Positions 1-10,596 of a DNA stretch of 64,000 bases are shown one piece after another (positions within the stretch are counted from its first letter, which is position 1; every line of letters begins with the position of its first letter). The notes beneath the pieces are model-generated. The model had not been told where the DNA came from. It saw only the letters and a program-made list of their open reading frames with translations, and did no database searches. This DNA is from Candidatus Cloacimonadales bacterium (GTDB lineage Bacteria > Cloacimonadota > Cloacimonadia > Cloacimonadales > DAONDQ01), in the NCBI GenBank assembly GCA_963662275.1, contig OY759316.1, positions 1,824,001 to 1,888,000 on the forward strand. The letters run 5' to 3'. The translations under genes were made by a program, and so were the position numbers.

Positions 1-65
1 ATCGGTAATTCATTTAAAACGAAACCCTAGTAGGGAGAAAGTAATGCAATACATGAAGTTGGCTT

Positions 66-1982
66 ATGTTAAATAGAATTAGATTGATAAGCATCCTGTT
101 ATTAGTGTTTGGATCAGTCCTGGTCGGTTGTTCCAATAATGCTTGTAAGCAGATTAACTTACCTGTGATGAGTAAGCTGCCTAATAATCCTTCCCTGGAA
201 TCTGTTGTGTATTATGGATTGGGTGATGCAGCGCTGCAGAACCAGGACTTCCAAAATGCTCTACCACTTCTTCAATTAGCGGAAAAGTTTGATCCAAACT
301 CAATATTGATTAAACAGGACATGGTTGAAACTTATTGGAGTATAGCAAGAAGTCAGAACTCGGCTCCTACTGATATGCTCAAATATGGCGAAGACATCAT
401 TTCCAAGGGTCAATACAATGAACAAATCCTGGGAATAATGGCAGATGCTTATGTCCTTCAGAAAGAGCCAAGAAAAGCTATAGATGTAATCGCCTATTTA
501 GTGAAGCATAAACCCTCAGGAATGAACTATTTCCGTTTATTTATCCTCAATGCGAAGTATCTGAATAAGATAAAAAAGGATTTATTAGACGGAGCTTTAC
601 AAAGAGCCGGGGATAATGAATACTTATTATTAGCCATCGGAGATGTTTATTCTCAACTGGATCCGATGCGAGCGGAAGCAGTATTTAATAAAGCATACAT
701 TACATTTAAGGATGATTTGTCTTTTAAGGCATTATCGAATTATTATATCAGGCAGAATCAGAAAACCAAGCTTATCAATACCCTGAGAAAAAACATCAAA
801 AGCTTAAATGAAAATCAATTACAGATGTATATCGAATTACTTTACCAGACGAATCAATGGAAAGAAATCATTGCGAATAAAGATCACCTCTTGGCTGAAG
901 GCAACAGCATGGTCTTACGATACTTGTTTGCAGCTTCTCAACAAGAAAAAGATATAGACCTGATGATCTTGGCATTTGATAAAATTAAGATAGAAGCTGA
1001 TATCACAGCCGATGATAAAGGATCATTAGCGTTGACGATAGGGGATGCCTATCTCCAGAAAAACGATTCGATTCTTGCTGCTCAATATTTTGCACAAGTA
1101 TCTAACTATAGGATTTTATTAGGATATGTAGCTAATAAGATATTGATAGGAAATTCACTAGATAGTAAAAGTAGTCTTTTAACAACTTTGGAGTTGTTAA
1201 ATTCATATGGATATTCTAAAGAATTACAAGCTTTTATGATTGCAAATACTCAATATTTACTGGATGATTCAAATGCAGCTATTAATTCAATTCAGACAAT
1301 TCCTGATTCCTATTTTTCTGAAAATAATATGATACCTGAGGCTGCGCAGATATATTTAGCAGCAGGTAATGATTCCCTTAAAGCTCTCCAGTTGCTTGAC
1401 TTAAGAAAGGAGAAAACCCCTTCTACGAATACTCTAATGGGGCAGTTCTACATGTTTGCACAGAAGGATTCTATCGCTGAAAGATATTTTGATAAAGAGT
1501 ATGTTTCGAATCCCACTCCCGATTCCTTATTTTTTAGATATGCAGCTACACTTGCAGATCGGCATAAGCGATTGAATGAAGAAGAAGAACTTCTAGATAA
1601 AGCGATTACACTGTATCCAAACAATACTGAATTTCTCAATTGGTACGGTTATTTTCTAGTGATGCAGAATAAGGAACTTGAAAAAGCTGAGAAATTGATT
1701 CGTAAAGCCGTAGAAATTGATTCGACCAATGGATTTTTCTGGGACAGTCTTGCCTGGTTACTCTATATGAAAGGTTCGTATCAGGAAGCGATGGAAGCTA
1801 TGAAAATACCCATCCAGTCAAGAACAAAAAACAGTGTTATTTCATATCATCTAGGTGAGATAACATACAAGTTGAATCAGTTGAAGGATGCAAAAGCCCA
1901 TTTCAAACAAGCGATTACAGTTAATGATGATCAACAGGCTGTAAAAAATTCACAAAAGGCACTTGCGAATTATACATGGTAG
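66..1982 (+). CDS. TPR-repeat lipoprotein
   Basis: 638 aa; hydrophobic N-terminus with lipobox LVGC; TPR-like helices; C-terminal 'FLNWYGYFL...AEKLIRKAVEID...FFWDSLAWLLY..G.YQEA' typical of TPR lipoproteins. Confidence 0.8.
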   Translation: MLNRIRLISILLLVFGSVLVGCSNNACKQINLPVMSKLPNNPSLESVVYYGLGDAALQNQDFQNALPLLQLAEKFDPNSILIKQDMVETYWSIARSQNSAPTDMLKYGEDIISKGQYNEQILGIMADAYVLQKEPRKAIDVIAYLVKHKPSGMNYFRLFILNAKYLNKIKKDLLDGALQRAGDNEYLLLAIGDVYSQLDPMRAEAVFNKAYITFKDDLSFKALSNYYIRQNQKTKLINTLRKNIKSLNENQLQMYIELLYQTNQWKEIIANKDHLLAEGNSMVLRYLFAASQQEKDIDLMILAFDKIKIEADITADDKGSLALTIGDAYLQKNDSILAAQYFAQVSNYRILLGYVANKILIGNSLDSKSSLLTTLELLNSYGYSKELQAFMIANTQYLLDDSNAAINSIQTIPDSYFSENNMIPEAAQIYLAAGNDSLKALQLLDLRKEKTPSTNTLMGQFYMFAQKDSIAERYFDKEYVSNPTPDSLFFRYAATLADRHKRLNEEEELLDKAITLYPNNTEFLNWYGYFLVMQNKELEKAEKLIRKAVEIDSTNGFFWDSLAWLLYMKGSYQEAMEAMKIPIQSRTKNSVISYHLGEITYKLNQLKDAKAHFKQAITVNDDQQAVKNSQKALANYTW

Positions 1983-2025
1983 ACTAAAATCTGGTATTTG
2001 AATATATAATTTTGATGGAGGATTT

Positions 2026-2220
2026 ATGGCAAAAGAAGTAAAAAGATTTTACTGGAACATTTTAAACACAATTCTGATGATTATCGCGCTTGTCATGATA
2101 ACTGCGGGATACATCATCATGCGGAATAATGACATCTCTCTTTCCCCTGTATTACTCTTAATTGCCTATGTCGTTTTGATTCCTGCTGCACTCATGATAA
2201 AAGGAAAGAAATCTGATTAA
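2026..2220 (+). CDS. small two-TM membrane protein (DUF3098-like)
   Basis: 64 aa, two hydrophobic segments, 'ISLSPVLLLIAYVVLIPAAL'; GGAGG RBS upstream. Confidence 0.6.
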   Translation: MAKEVKRFYWNILNTILMIIALVMITAGYIIMRNNDISLSPVLLLIAYVVLIPAALMIKGKKSD

Positions 2221-2270
2221 TCAAACTGGATTCTCAATTACGGTTCGCCTGAATCCCAGGATCAATTAAC

Positions 2271-3158
2271 ATGGATAAGGATCTGTTATTAAATGAACCC
2301 TTAACTGCAAAATTAGATCGCTTTCACTTGCGAACCAGGATGATTGTGGAAGGTTTTATGGTTGGGTTGCATAAGTCTCCCTATCATGGATTCAGCGTTG
2401 AGTTTGCAGATCATCGGCAATACATACCAGGGGATGCTATCCGTAATGTGGATTGGAAAGTATACGCTAAAACTAATCGTTGGTATGTAAAACGCTATGA
2501 AGAAGAAACAAATGTACGTACGTTCATTATTCTTGATCATAGCAAATCCATGCAGTATGGTTCAGGAAACATCACAAAACTTGAATATGCTAAGCAATTA
2601 GCCTCAGCTTTGGCTTATCTGGTTATTCAACAGCAGGATGCTGCAGGTCTGATAACTTATACCGATAAAATCACCAACTATTTCCCACCTAAGGCATATC
2701 GAACTTATGTCAGTATTTTGCTGGAAAAGATGTATCATCTTGAACCTCAGGAACAAACCCATACACTTACTGTTTTACACAATCTGGCGGAACAGATTCG
2801 AAAACGAAGCCTGATCATTCTCATCTCTGATATGATTGATGATCCTGATGCAATACTATCCGGTTTGAATCATTTCCGTTATTCTCATCATGAAGTCATC
2901 CTTTTTCATATCCAAGATCCACAGGAAATTCAATTCCAATTCAAAGGTGAAACTGAATTTATCGACCATGAGACAGGTAGTAAGGTGACAGTCATGCCCT
3001 GGCAAATTCGAAATGATTATAAACAGGCATATGATGCTTTTTCCAAATATATGAAAGTGAAATGTCATCAATCTAAAATTGAATATAACGAACTCACTAC
3101 TTCAACACCTATCGAAGACAGCCTTTTACAATACCTGATCAAACGCAGCCGTATCTAA
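2271..3158 (+). CDS. DUF58 / VWA-domain protein (MoxR-associated type)
   Basis: 'GLHKSPYHGFSVEFADHRQY.PGD..R.VDWKVYAK...VKRYEEE' and MIDAS-like 'LDHSKSM'. Confidence 0.9.
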   Translation: MDKDLLLNEPLTAKLDRFHLRTRMIVEGFMVGLHKSPYHGFSVEFADHRQYIPGDAIRNVDWKVYAKTNRWYVKRYEEETNVRTFIILDHSKSMQYGSGNITKLEYAKQLASALAYLVIQQQDAAGLITYTDKITNYFPPKAYRTYVSILLEKMYHLEPQEQTHTLTVLHNLAEQIRKRSLIILISDMIDDPDAILSGLNHFRYSHHEVILFHIQDPQEIQFQFKGETEFIDHETGSKVTVMPWQIRNDYKQAYDAFSKYMKVKCHQSKIEYNELTTSTPIEDSLLQYLIKRSRI

Positions 3159-3162
3159 GTTC

Positions 3163-3320
3163 GTAGCACTGCCTTCAGGTGGTTACTCCGTAGCACTGCC
3201 TTCAGGCGGTTCCTCCGTAGCGCTGCCTTCAGGCGGTAATTCAGTAGCGCTGCCTTCAGGCGGTAATTCCGTAGCGCTGCCTTCAGGCGGTAATTCAGTA
3301 GCGCTGCCTTCAGGCGGTTA
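3163..3320 (+). repeat. tandem array of six 27-bp GTAG-type REP-like units
   Basis: GTAGC(A/G)CTGCCTTCAGG(C/T)GGT... repeated with a 27-bp period between convergent DUF58 and uvrB; internal hairpin CTGCC-TTCA-GGCGG. Confidence 0.85.
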
Positions 3321-3396
3321 CCCGACCTTACATCTCCGGAGCTACATTCAATAAGATCGGAATCTTATTCCACAACACAACCGGTTAAACCCGGAG

Positions 3397-5421
3397 CTAC
3401 TCTGTTACTTGACTGTGAAACACCAACTGCATTTCAGCAATTCTATCCCGTAATTCCGCAGCCTTCTCAAATTCAAGATTACCTGCAGCTTTCTTCATCT
3501 CTTTTGTTAATAATTGTATCACCTGGTCTACATTGTCCAACTCAATATACTGCATGAAATCCGCTTTATCGGGTTTTGCCTTCTTGTCCTTCTGTTTACC
3601 GAACTGAGCATAACCTTCTGCCACAGCAGTGGATTGCATGATCTGTTCAACAGATTTGTAGATTGTCTTGGGCGTAATATTATTCTCACGGTTGTATTCC
3701 AGTTGTTTCTTACGACGGTGTTCAGTGATATCTATTGTTTCCCGTATTGCATCTGTTATTACATCTGCATAGAATATTACTTTCCCGTCCACATTACGGG
3801 CTGCACGACCGGCTGTCTGTATCAAGGAACGTGTGGAACGCAGGAAGCCTGTCTTATCTGCATCCAGGATGGCTACCAGCGATACTTCAGGCAGATCCAG
3901 TCCTTCCCTGAGAAGATTCACACCCACCAGCACATCGAATTCACCGAGACGCAGGTCACGGATTATCTTTGATCTTTCAATCGTATCCACTTCACTATGA
4001 AGATAGCGAACCTTAATGCCGGCATTACCCAGGTAAGTAGCTAAATCTTCAGACATACGCTTTGTAAGCGTTGTAACTAATATCTTCTGATTCTTCTGAA
4101 CCCGCTGACGTACCTGTTCCATCAGATCATCCACCTGGTTTCCCACAGGTCTGACTTCAATGTCCGGATCAACAAGTCCGGTTGGTCTTATCACCTGTTC
4201 TACGATCACACCTTTAGTAAGGCTGAGTTCATACTTGCTGGGAGTAGCCGAAACATAGATCACCTGGTTCTGATGTTTCACAAATTCTTCAAATTGCAGA
4301 GGTCTGTTATCATAAGCTGAAGGTAAACGGAATCCATAATCGATCAGGTTCTTCTTTCGTGAATAATCACCTGCATACATGGCATGCAGTTGAGGTATGG
4401 AAGCATGGGATTCATCGATGACCATTAAATAATCCTCAGGGAAATAATCCAAGAGGCAAAATGGCGGTTCACCAGGTTTAGCACCTGTCAAATGACGTGA
4501 ATAATTCTCTATACCCGAGCAGGCACCAATTTCCTTTAGCATTTCTATATCAAATTTTGTACGCTGTTGGATACGCTGCGCTTCAACAAGCAGATTGTTA
4601 TCATTAAAATAGCGCAAACGTTCTTCGAGTTCTTGTTCAATAGATATCACGGCAGTGCGCAAGCGATCTTCACTCATTACGAAATGATTTGCCGGATAAA
4701 TCGGATATTGCTCCACTTTCTCCATCACTTTATTGGTAATTGGATGCAGCTTCTGGAGAGAGACAATCTCGTCTCCAAAGAACTCGACCCGGATGCAATG
4801 TTCCATGTAAGCGGGATAAATATCAACGGTATCGCCCTTCACTCTGAATGCCCCGCGTTCAAAGGCTATGTCATTTCTTCCATAATGTGCGTTTACAAGC
4901 TTTTTGAGCAATTCATCACGTTCATATATGTCTCCCACTTTTAAACGCACCAAGGCTTCCCGATAATCTTCAGGAACACCTAAACCATAGATACAGGATA
5001 CGCTGGCAACAATGATCACATCACTTCGTTCCATGAGAGACATGGTTGCTCGTAAGCGAAGTTTTTCAATTTGCTCATTGATATCAGAGTCTTTTTCAAT
5101 ATAGATGTCTTTACCGGGAATGTAGGCTTCCGGTTGATAGTAATCATAGTAGGATATGAAATATTCAACTGCATTACCAGGGAATAACTGTTTTAACTCA
5201 CCATAGAGTTGAGCTGCGAGAGTTTTATTATGAGAAAGGACGAGTGTCGGTTTACCATGCCTGGCAATGACATTGGCAATAGTATAAGTCTTTCCTGAAC
5301 CGGTGACACCCAGCAAGACCTGGTGCTTTTTCCCTTTTTCTAAATTAGCATATAATTCCTCAATGGCTTGAGGTTGATCACCTGTAGGCTGATAATCAGA
5401 TTCTAATTTAAATTCACTCAT
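3397..5421 (-). CDS. uvrB: excinuclease ABC subunit B
   Basis: 'PTGDQPQAI', Walker A 'GVTGSGKT', '[10 protein letters not shown]', DESH, 'GFRLPSA.DNRPL', C-terminal UVR '[13 protein letters not shown]'. Confidence 0.98.
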   Translation of the reverse strand: MSEFKLESDYQPTGDQPQAIEELYANLEKGKKHQVLLGVTGSGKTYTIANVIARHGKPTLVLSHNKTLAAQLYGELKQLFPGNAVEYFISYYDYYQPEAYIPGKDIYIEKDSDINEQIEKLRLRATMSLMERSDVIIVASVSCIYGLGVPEDYREALVRLKVGDIYERDELLKKLVNAHYGRNDIAFERGAFRVKGDTVDIYPAYMEHCIRVEFFGDEIVSLQKLHPITNKVMEKVEQYPIYPANHFVMSEDRLRTAVISIEQELEERLRYFNDNNLLVEAQRIQQRTKFDIEMLKEIGACSGIENYSRHLTGAKPGEPPFCLLDYFPEDYLMVIDESHASIPQLHAMYAGDYSRKKNLIDYGFRLPSAYDNRPLQFEEFVKHQNQVIYVSATPSKYELSLTKGVIVEQVIRPTGLVDPDIEVRPVGNQVDDLMEQVRQRVQKNQKILVTTLTKRMSEDLATYLGNAGIKVRYLHSEVDTIERSKIIRDLRLGEFDVLVGVNLLREGLDLPEVSLVAILDADKTGFLRSTRSLIQTAGRAARNVDGKVIFYADVITDAIRETIDITEHRRKKQLEYNRENNITPKTIYKSVEQIMQSTAVAEGYAQFGKQKDKKAKPDKADFMQYIELDNVDQVIQLLTKEMKKAAGNLEFEKAAELRDRIAEMQLVFHSQVTE

Positions 5422-5861
5422 TTATTTACCTGTTTGCGTTTTGAATACTCATTCCAACTACCGAAAGGGATGGAAATCTGAAGATATTCATTTCGCATCG
5501 CTACATCTTTAAAGTTCACTGACATTTTAGCGTATCTTCCGAAAGTCATGAGTGTAATATCCCCGGAGAAATTAGCGATGCAGTAATTATATGTACTACG
5601 GGAAAATGAACCATCCTCCAAAAGGAAAAAGCGCAATAAACCGCTTTTATTCGTGTATCTCTTAATTTTATAACTCAACTCAAAATCTGATGAATAAGAA
5701 GAAATACATTGATAATTACCGGGCAAAGGCTGAGTCATCCGATCTGCTACGATTTCATGATAAGTAAAATTCGAACTAGTATTATCTGCTGTCTTTGCAT
5801 ATACCAATGACAACGGAATACTTGCCAAGTATGCGATCATCATCAGTATCACTATCTTCAT
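5418..5861 (-). CDS. hypothetical secreted protein, translationally coupled to uvrB
   Basis: 147 aa with a signal-peptide-like N-terminus; AAGGAG RBS; ATGA overlap with the uvrB start. Confidence 0.65.
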   Translation of the reverse strand: MKIVILMMIAYLASIPLSLVYAKTADNTSSNFTYHEIVADRMTQPLPGNYQCISSYSSDFELSYKIKRYTNKSGLLRFFLLEDGSFSRSTYNYCIANFSGDITLMTFGRYAKMSVNFKDVAMRNEYLQISIPFGSWNEYSKRKQVNK

Positions 5862-5950
5862 CTATGTTCTCCTTCTCGAATATTGATTCAGGATTATCAA
5901 TTGCATAATGCCTGTTTTTATGTCAAGATTTTGACGTGTCCTCTTTCCAT

Positions 5951-5998
5951 TCCTCTCTTTAGATAAAGAGAGGTGGCACTTTAGGGTCGGAGAGTTTG
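5951..5998. repeat. dispersed palindromic repeat (CCTCTCTTT..AAAGAGAGG family)
   Basis: similar to the reverse complement of 17831-17878; related to 6478-6506, 10388-10425 and the in-CDS copies near 27777 and 29790. Confidence 0.7.
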
Positions 5999-6197
5999 AT
6001 TCTTCTCTGATCTGCAATTCGTCATTCGTAATTCGTACTTATTCTGCCTTCTCCTTCTGCAATTCGTCATTAGTAATTAAATTTATTTTTGCATTTGCAA
6101 AAATAAATCACAATCCTCCCTCCTATATGGCAGAAGGTGACAGCTAACAGGTAACAGCTGACAGGTTCAGAGCATAGAAGAAAATGCCTCAGAAAGC

Positions 6198-6246
6198 AAC
6201 TTCGAACTTCGCACTTCGAACTTCGCACTTCGTACTTCGAACTTCC
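6198..6246. repeat. heptamer tandem repeat (NACTTCG) x7
   Basis: aacttcg aacttcg cacttcg aacttcg cacttcg tacttcg aacttcc; same unit at 17981-18036, 18113-18143 (opposite strand) and 18326-18352. Confidence 0.9.
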
Positions 6247-6323
6247 AGATAAGTCTCATTGAATATAAAAAAAGAAGAAAATAGCTGCCATAATAGCATC
6301 TTCCTAAGAAAATCTAAAAAAGT

Positions 6324-6364
6324 CTAGATGATCCCTAGATGATCCCTAGATAATCCCTAGATAA
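6324..6364. repeat. 11-bp tandem repeat CTAGAT(G/A)ATCC, about 3.7 copies
   Basis: direct reading of the sequence. Confidence 0.85.
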
Positions 6365-6650
6365 AACCCAGCTCATATTTTCAGCAGAAAATATGAGAAT
6401 TAAAAATTAAAAGTGAAAAATTAAAAATTACAGATGAAAGAGTCGAGAATCGCGGAAGTAAATCCGTCTGTTCTTCATCCCCCATTGAGAAGGGGGGTAG
6501 GGGGGTCTATTTTGTGAACTGTTTCCTGTTCGCTTTTCGCTGTTAGCTTCTGCTCGAATATCCGGTAAGGACTGTTGTGGAAGCGATGCAGAATGGATTG
6601 TTGTTTGAGATAGAAGAGGCGGGTATGCTAGTACATGAGATGTAGTAATT

Positions 6651-6677
6651 GTAGGGATAGACCTGTGTGTTTATCCT
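6651..6677 (+). repeat. GTAG-type REP-like hairpin, copy 1 of 3
   Basis: GTAGGGATAGACCTGTGTGTTTATCCT; reverse-orientation copies at 18745-18771 and 27566-27592. Confidence 0.8.
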
Positions 6678-6942
6678 CCTTTTCTTCTTTGACAATCTTA
6701 CATCTGAAATCCTGCAAGGATGAAATCCAAGAGCCTAACGTGTGAACGTCAGGAATGAATCCCCCAAACCCATACAGAATCTCGTAGAGATGATAGATAA
6801 TAACCCATAGCGTGAGCTATGGGAAAATAAACACCACTAACTTTTAGACCCCGGCAGAGGTGACACAATACATAACCTCCCAAAGAAGTCTCTACTTAGG
6901 AAAAGCTCCAAATAACAATAACTCAATAAAAATTTATTGCAC

Positions 6943-6971
6943 TTGACAAAACATTAGCACTTTTCGTTAAT
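6943..6971 (+). promoter_or_regulatory. possible sigma70-type promoter of the helicase/MTase locus
   Basis: TTGACA, 17 nt, then a weak GTTAAT, about 60 nt upstream of the ATG at 7032. Confidence 0.35.
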
Positions 6972-7031
6972 TTACGTTGAAGGGTCATCGGGTCTTCTAT
7001 CAGGAATGATGAAGAACGGGAGTATATATTT

Positions 7032-10000
7032 ATGAGCTATCCTGGTATCAGAGATAATTATACAAATGGTTCTGTGGGTGATTTTCTCAAAGAAGTAATT
7101 ACTTCCAGTTCTGATATTTCTATTGTATCAGCGTACTTCACTATTTATGCCTATAATCAATTAAAAGACAATTTGAATGGAATTGATCATTTACGTTTTC
7201 TCTTCGGTGAACCTACATTTATTAAGTCCATGGATCCTGATAAAGTAAATGCCAAAGACTTTAAAATAGAAGATGATAAATTAGTTATTCCAATTGAAAG
7301 TAAGCTCACACAAAAGAATATAGCAAGAGAATGTTACGATTGGATGCAGGAAAAGACAGAAATCCGTTCTATGGTAAAACCGAATTTCCTTCATGGGAAA
7401 TTGTATCATGTAAAACAGGAAAGCGGCATTGAGAAAGCCATTGCAGGGAGTTCAAATTTTACAGTGAACGGTCTTGGTTTGGGAAACAGCAAGAATATTG
7501 AATTGAATCTGATCATAGATAGTGATAGAGAAAGACAGGAATTGAAAGAATGGTTTGATTCCATATGGAATGATGATACAGGTCTGGTTGAAGATGTGAA
7601 GGAACAAGTCCTTAAATACCTAGAACAACTTTACATTGAGAATGATCCAGAGTTTATCTACTTCAAAACACTCTTCCATATCTTTGAAGATTATTTGAAT
7701 GAACAGAAACAAGGTGGCTTACTTAACGAAAAGACTGGCTTCTACGATAGTGAAATATGGAATATGCTCTATGATTTCCAGAAAGACGGAGTCAAAGGCG
7801 CAATCAATAAGATATTGAAACATAATGGCTGTATCATTGCTGATAGTGTAGGTTTGGGTAAGACTTTTGAAGCTTTGGCAGTCATCAAGTATTTTGAGAT
7901 ATTGAATGCCAGGGTACTGGTATTATGTCCCAAAAAGCTGACAGGGAACTGGACGATCTATCAGGCACGTCAAAATCATCTGTTAAATCCATTCAAGAAA
8001 GACAGATTTGATTACACAGTTTTATATCATACAGATATGGGACGTGTTTCAGGTAAATCAGATGCGAATGGTATTGAACTCCAGAATTTCAATTGGAGTG
8101 CTTATGATCTCGTCGTCATAGATGAGTCACATAATTTCCGTGGTAATCCAATGGAAAAATTGAAAGATGATGGCAATATCAAAATGAACAGGGCTAAGTG
8201 GCTGATGGAAATGGTTTTGAAATCCGGTTCAAAGACTAAAGTGCTCATGCTTTCTGCCACACCTGTTAATAATACACTACGTGACTTAAGAAATCAAGTC
8301 GCATTCATAACTGAAGGGAAAGACGATGCTCTGTTTGAGAACTGTAAGATTAAAAGCATTGATCTTACCTTGAAAAATGCTCAGAGAAACTTCACTTTAT
8401 GGGCAGAACAAAAAGGCAAACCCAAAGGCATGAAAGAACTTCTAGAAAGGTTAGATTCATCATTTTTCAAACTACTTGATGAACTCACAATTGCTCGTTC
8501 ACGGAAACATATTGTAAGCTATTACAAAACAGAAGCAATTGGTAAATTTCCTTTCAGAGAGAAACCGCATTCAGTTTACCCGGATATTGATTTGGATAAA
8601 CGATTCCCCTCTTACGATACTATCAATAAACAGATAGATCAGTATACACTCTCTGTGTTCAATCCTTCTGAATATGTAAAGCCATTTATGAGGAAAAAAT
8701 ATGAAGATATGGTAAGAGGTCAGGTTCTTAATTTTACACAAAAAGCTCGTGAACGGTTCCTCATTGGTATGATGAGGATTAATTATTTGAAACGTCTGGA
8801 AAGTTCAATTGAATCATTTGAGATATCACTCGATAGAACTATAATCAAGATAGAAACTCTTATTGATAAAATTGATAGATTCCAAAAGAGTACACTCAAA
8901 AATCAGGAAGAGACCTTGGAAGACTTAATACCTACCGATGATGAATTGGGAGAGGATATTGAAGAAATGGAAGAATGGCAGGTTGGTAAAAAATTAAGGT
9001 TTGATCTTGCCGATTTGAATCTGGATGGATGGCTTGTAGATCTCAAAAAAGACAAAGAAGCTTTAGTTAGTTTATTGAATAATGCCAAGGCTGTAACTCC
9101 TACTCGAGACGCCAAACTTAAAGAACTAAGAGAATTAATCCTTCAAAAAGTAAATCATCCCATTAATGATAATAATAAGAAGGTAATCGTATTTACTGCT
9201 TTCGCTGATACAGCAAAATATCTATATGATAACCTGAAAGAATGGATTAGAACAGACTTACATCTTAATTCTGCATTGATTTGTGGTGACTATACTCAGA
9301 CTACTCTCGGTAGAAACGACTATGATAATATATTGGTGAATTTCTCCCCAATATCAAAGAATAGAGCCAAGTTGAATATTGCAAATCAAACTGGCGAAAT
9401 TGATATACTTATTGCCACAGATTGTATCAGTGAAGGACAGAACCTACAGGATTGTGATTATCTAATCAATTACGATATACATTGGAATCCTGTTCGTATA
9501 ATACAGCGTTTTGGACGTATTGACAGGTTGGGTAGTAAGAACCAAACGATACAACTGGTTAACTTCTGGCCTACAAAAGACCTGGATCTCTATATCAATT
9601 TAAAAGAACGTGTAGAAGCTCGTATGGCTCTTGCAGATATGACTGCGACTGGTGAAGATAATATCCTGAATACAGAACAAATAGAAGAACTCATTTCAGA
9701 AGATTTGAAGTATCGTAATCAGCAATTAAAGAAACTGAAAGACGTTGTTCTCGATCTTGAAGATACAGATGTAACAATATCTCTTACTGACTTTACACTT
9801 GATGATTTCCGAATTGAGCTAACTAATTTTCTTGAGAATAACAGAAAAAGGCTGAATGATTCTCCAATGGGTCTGTATGCTATTGTTCCCGCTCCGGGTG
9901 GAGATTACTCTAGTTTAGATGCGGGGCAGTATTATACATCAATTGAAAAAGACATTATCAAACCGGGTGTTATCTATTGTTTAGCACAGAAAGGTGAATG

Positions 10001-10367
10001 TGATGGTAATGAAGAAGTAAATCCATTGAATCCATATTTCCTTATTTATATTCGAGATGACGGAACAGTGCGTTATAACTATACCAATGCCAAGCAGATT
10101 CTTGAAATATACCGTTTATTATGCCAGGGACGAAAGACCTATTATGAAAAGCTCTGCCAGTTGTTCAATGATGAGACAAATCATGGTGAGAAGATGGATA
10201 AGTATTCAGAATTGTTACAAAAAGCTGTTAATGCCATTGTCCAGATCTTCAAGAAAAAAGGCAGCGAAAAGCTTACTACTGATAGAAGTGCTGTATTAAT
10301 TCCCAAGACTAAGCAAGTAAATGAAATGAAAGATTTTGAACTGATAACTTGGTTAGTTGTAAAGTAA
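7032..10367 (+). CDS. PLD-nuclease domain plus SNF2-family helicase (RM/DISARM DrmD-like)
   Basis: N-terminal 'LHGKLY...IAGSSNFT' HxK PLD motif; 'ADSVGLGKT', DESH, LSAT, 'ISEGQNLQ', 'QRFGRIDR'. Confidence 0.88.
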   Translation: MSYPGIRDNYTNGSVGDFLKEVITSSSDISIVSAYFTIYAYNQLKDNLNGIDHLRFLFGEPTFIKSMDPDKVNAKDFKIEDDKLVIPIESKLTQKNIARECYDWMQEKTEIRSMVKPNFLHGKLYHVKQESGIEKAIAGSSNFTVNGLGLGNSKNIELNLIIDSDRERQELKEWFDSIWNDDTGLVEDVKEQVLKYLEQLYIENDPEFIYFKTLFHIFEDYLNEQKQGGLLNEKTGFYDSEIWNMLYDFQKDGVKGAINKILKHNGCIIADSVGLGKTFEALAVIKYFEILNARVLVLCPKKLTGNWTIYQARQNHLLNPFKKDRFDYTVLYHTDMGRVSGKSDANGIELQNFNWSAYDLVVIDESHNFRGNPMEKLKDDGNIKMNRAKWLMEMVLKSGSKTKVLMLSATPVNNTLRDLRNQVAFITEGKDDALFENCKIKSIDLTLKNAQRNFTLWAEQKGKPKGMKELLERLDSSFFKLLDELTIARSRKHIVSYYKTEAIGKFPFREKPHSVYPDIDLDKRFPSYDTINKQIDQYTLSVFNPSEYVKPFMRKKYEDMVRGQVLNFTQKARERFLIGMMRINYLKRLESSIESFEISLDRTIIKIETLIDKIDRFQKSTLKNQEETLEDLIPTDDELGEDIEEMEEWQVGKKLRFDLADLNLDGWLVDLKKDKEALVSLLNNAKAVTPTRDAKLKELRELILQKVNHPINDNNKKVIVFTAFADTAKYLYDNLKEWIRTDLHLNSALICGDYTQTTLGRNDYDNILVNFSPISKNRAKLNIANQTGEIDILIATDCISEGQNLQDCDYLINYDIHWNPVRIIQRFGRIDRLGSKNQTIQLVNFWPTKDLDLYINLKERVEARMALADMTATGEDNILNTEQIEELISEDLKYRNQQLKKLKDVVLDLEDTDVTISLTDFTLDDFRIELTNFLENNRKRLNDSPMGLYAIVPAPGGDYSSLDAGQYYTSIEKDIIKPGVIYCLAQKGECDGNEEVNPLNPYFLIYIRDDGTVRYNYTNAKQILEIYRLLCQGRKTYYEKLCQLFNDETNHGEKMDKYSELLQKAVNAIVQIFKKKGSEKLTTDRSAVLIPKTKQVNEMKDFELITWLVVK

Positions 10368-10438
10368 GACGTCGTTCTACTGTCTTATCTCCCTCCCATT
10401 TGTAAAGGGAGGGGCTAGGGGAGAGCTAGTTCTGATGC

Positions 10439-10547
10439 GTAACATAAGATTGTATCTTGTTTTCCCCGACGGTTTGTAACTTCGGGGTCTTTTAAGAGTT
10501 GTCGAGTAACAAACCCAACAACAAAACAGCTTACAAAGCTATGTTAC
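10439..10547. repeat. inverted pair of REP-like hairpins between helicase and MTase
   Basis: GTAACATAAGATTGTATCTTGTT ... AACAGCTTACAAAGCTATGTTAC, ends are inverted (GTAACATA / TATGTTAC). Confidence 0.55.
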
Positions 10548-10596
10548 AAATCTTTATAAATGCTAAAAAGGTAAAAGTAAAAATTGAGGTAACCTA

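Noticed and set aside
3163..3320. CRISPR array
   Set aside because: 27-bp period with only a few variable bases, no unique spacers, and no cas genes in the window.
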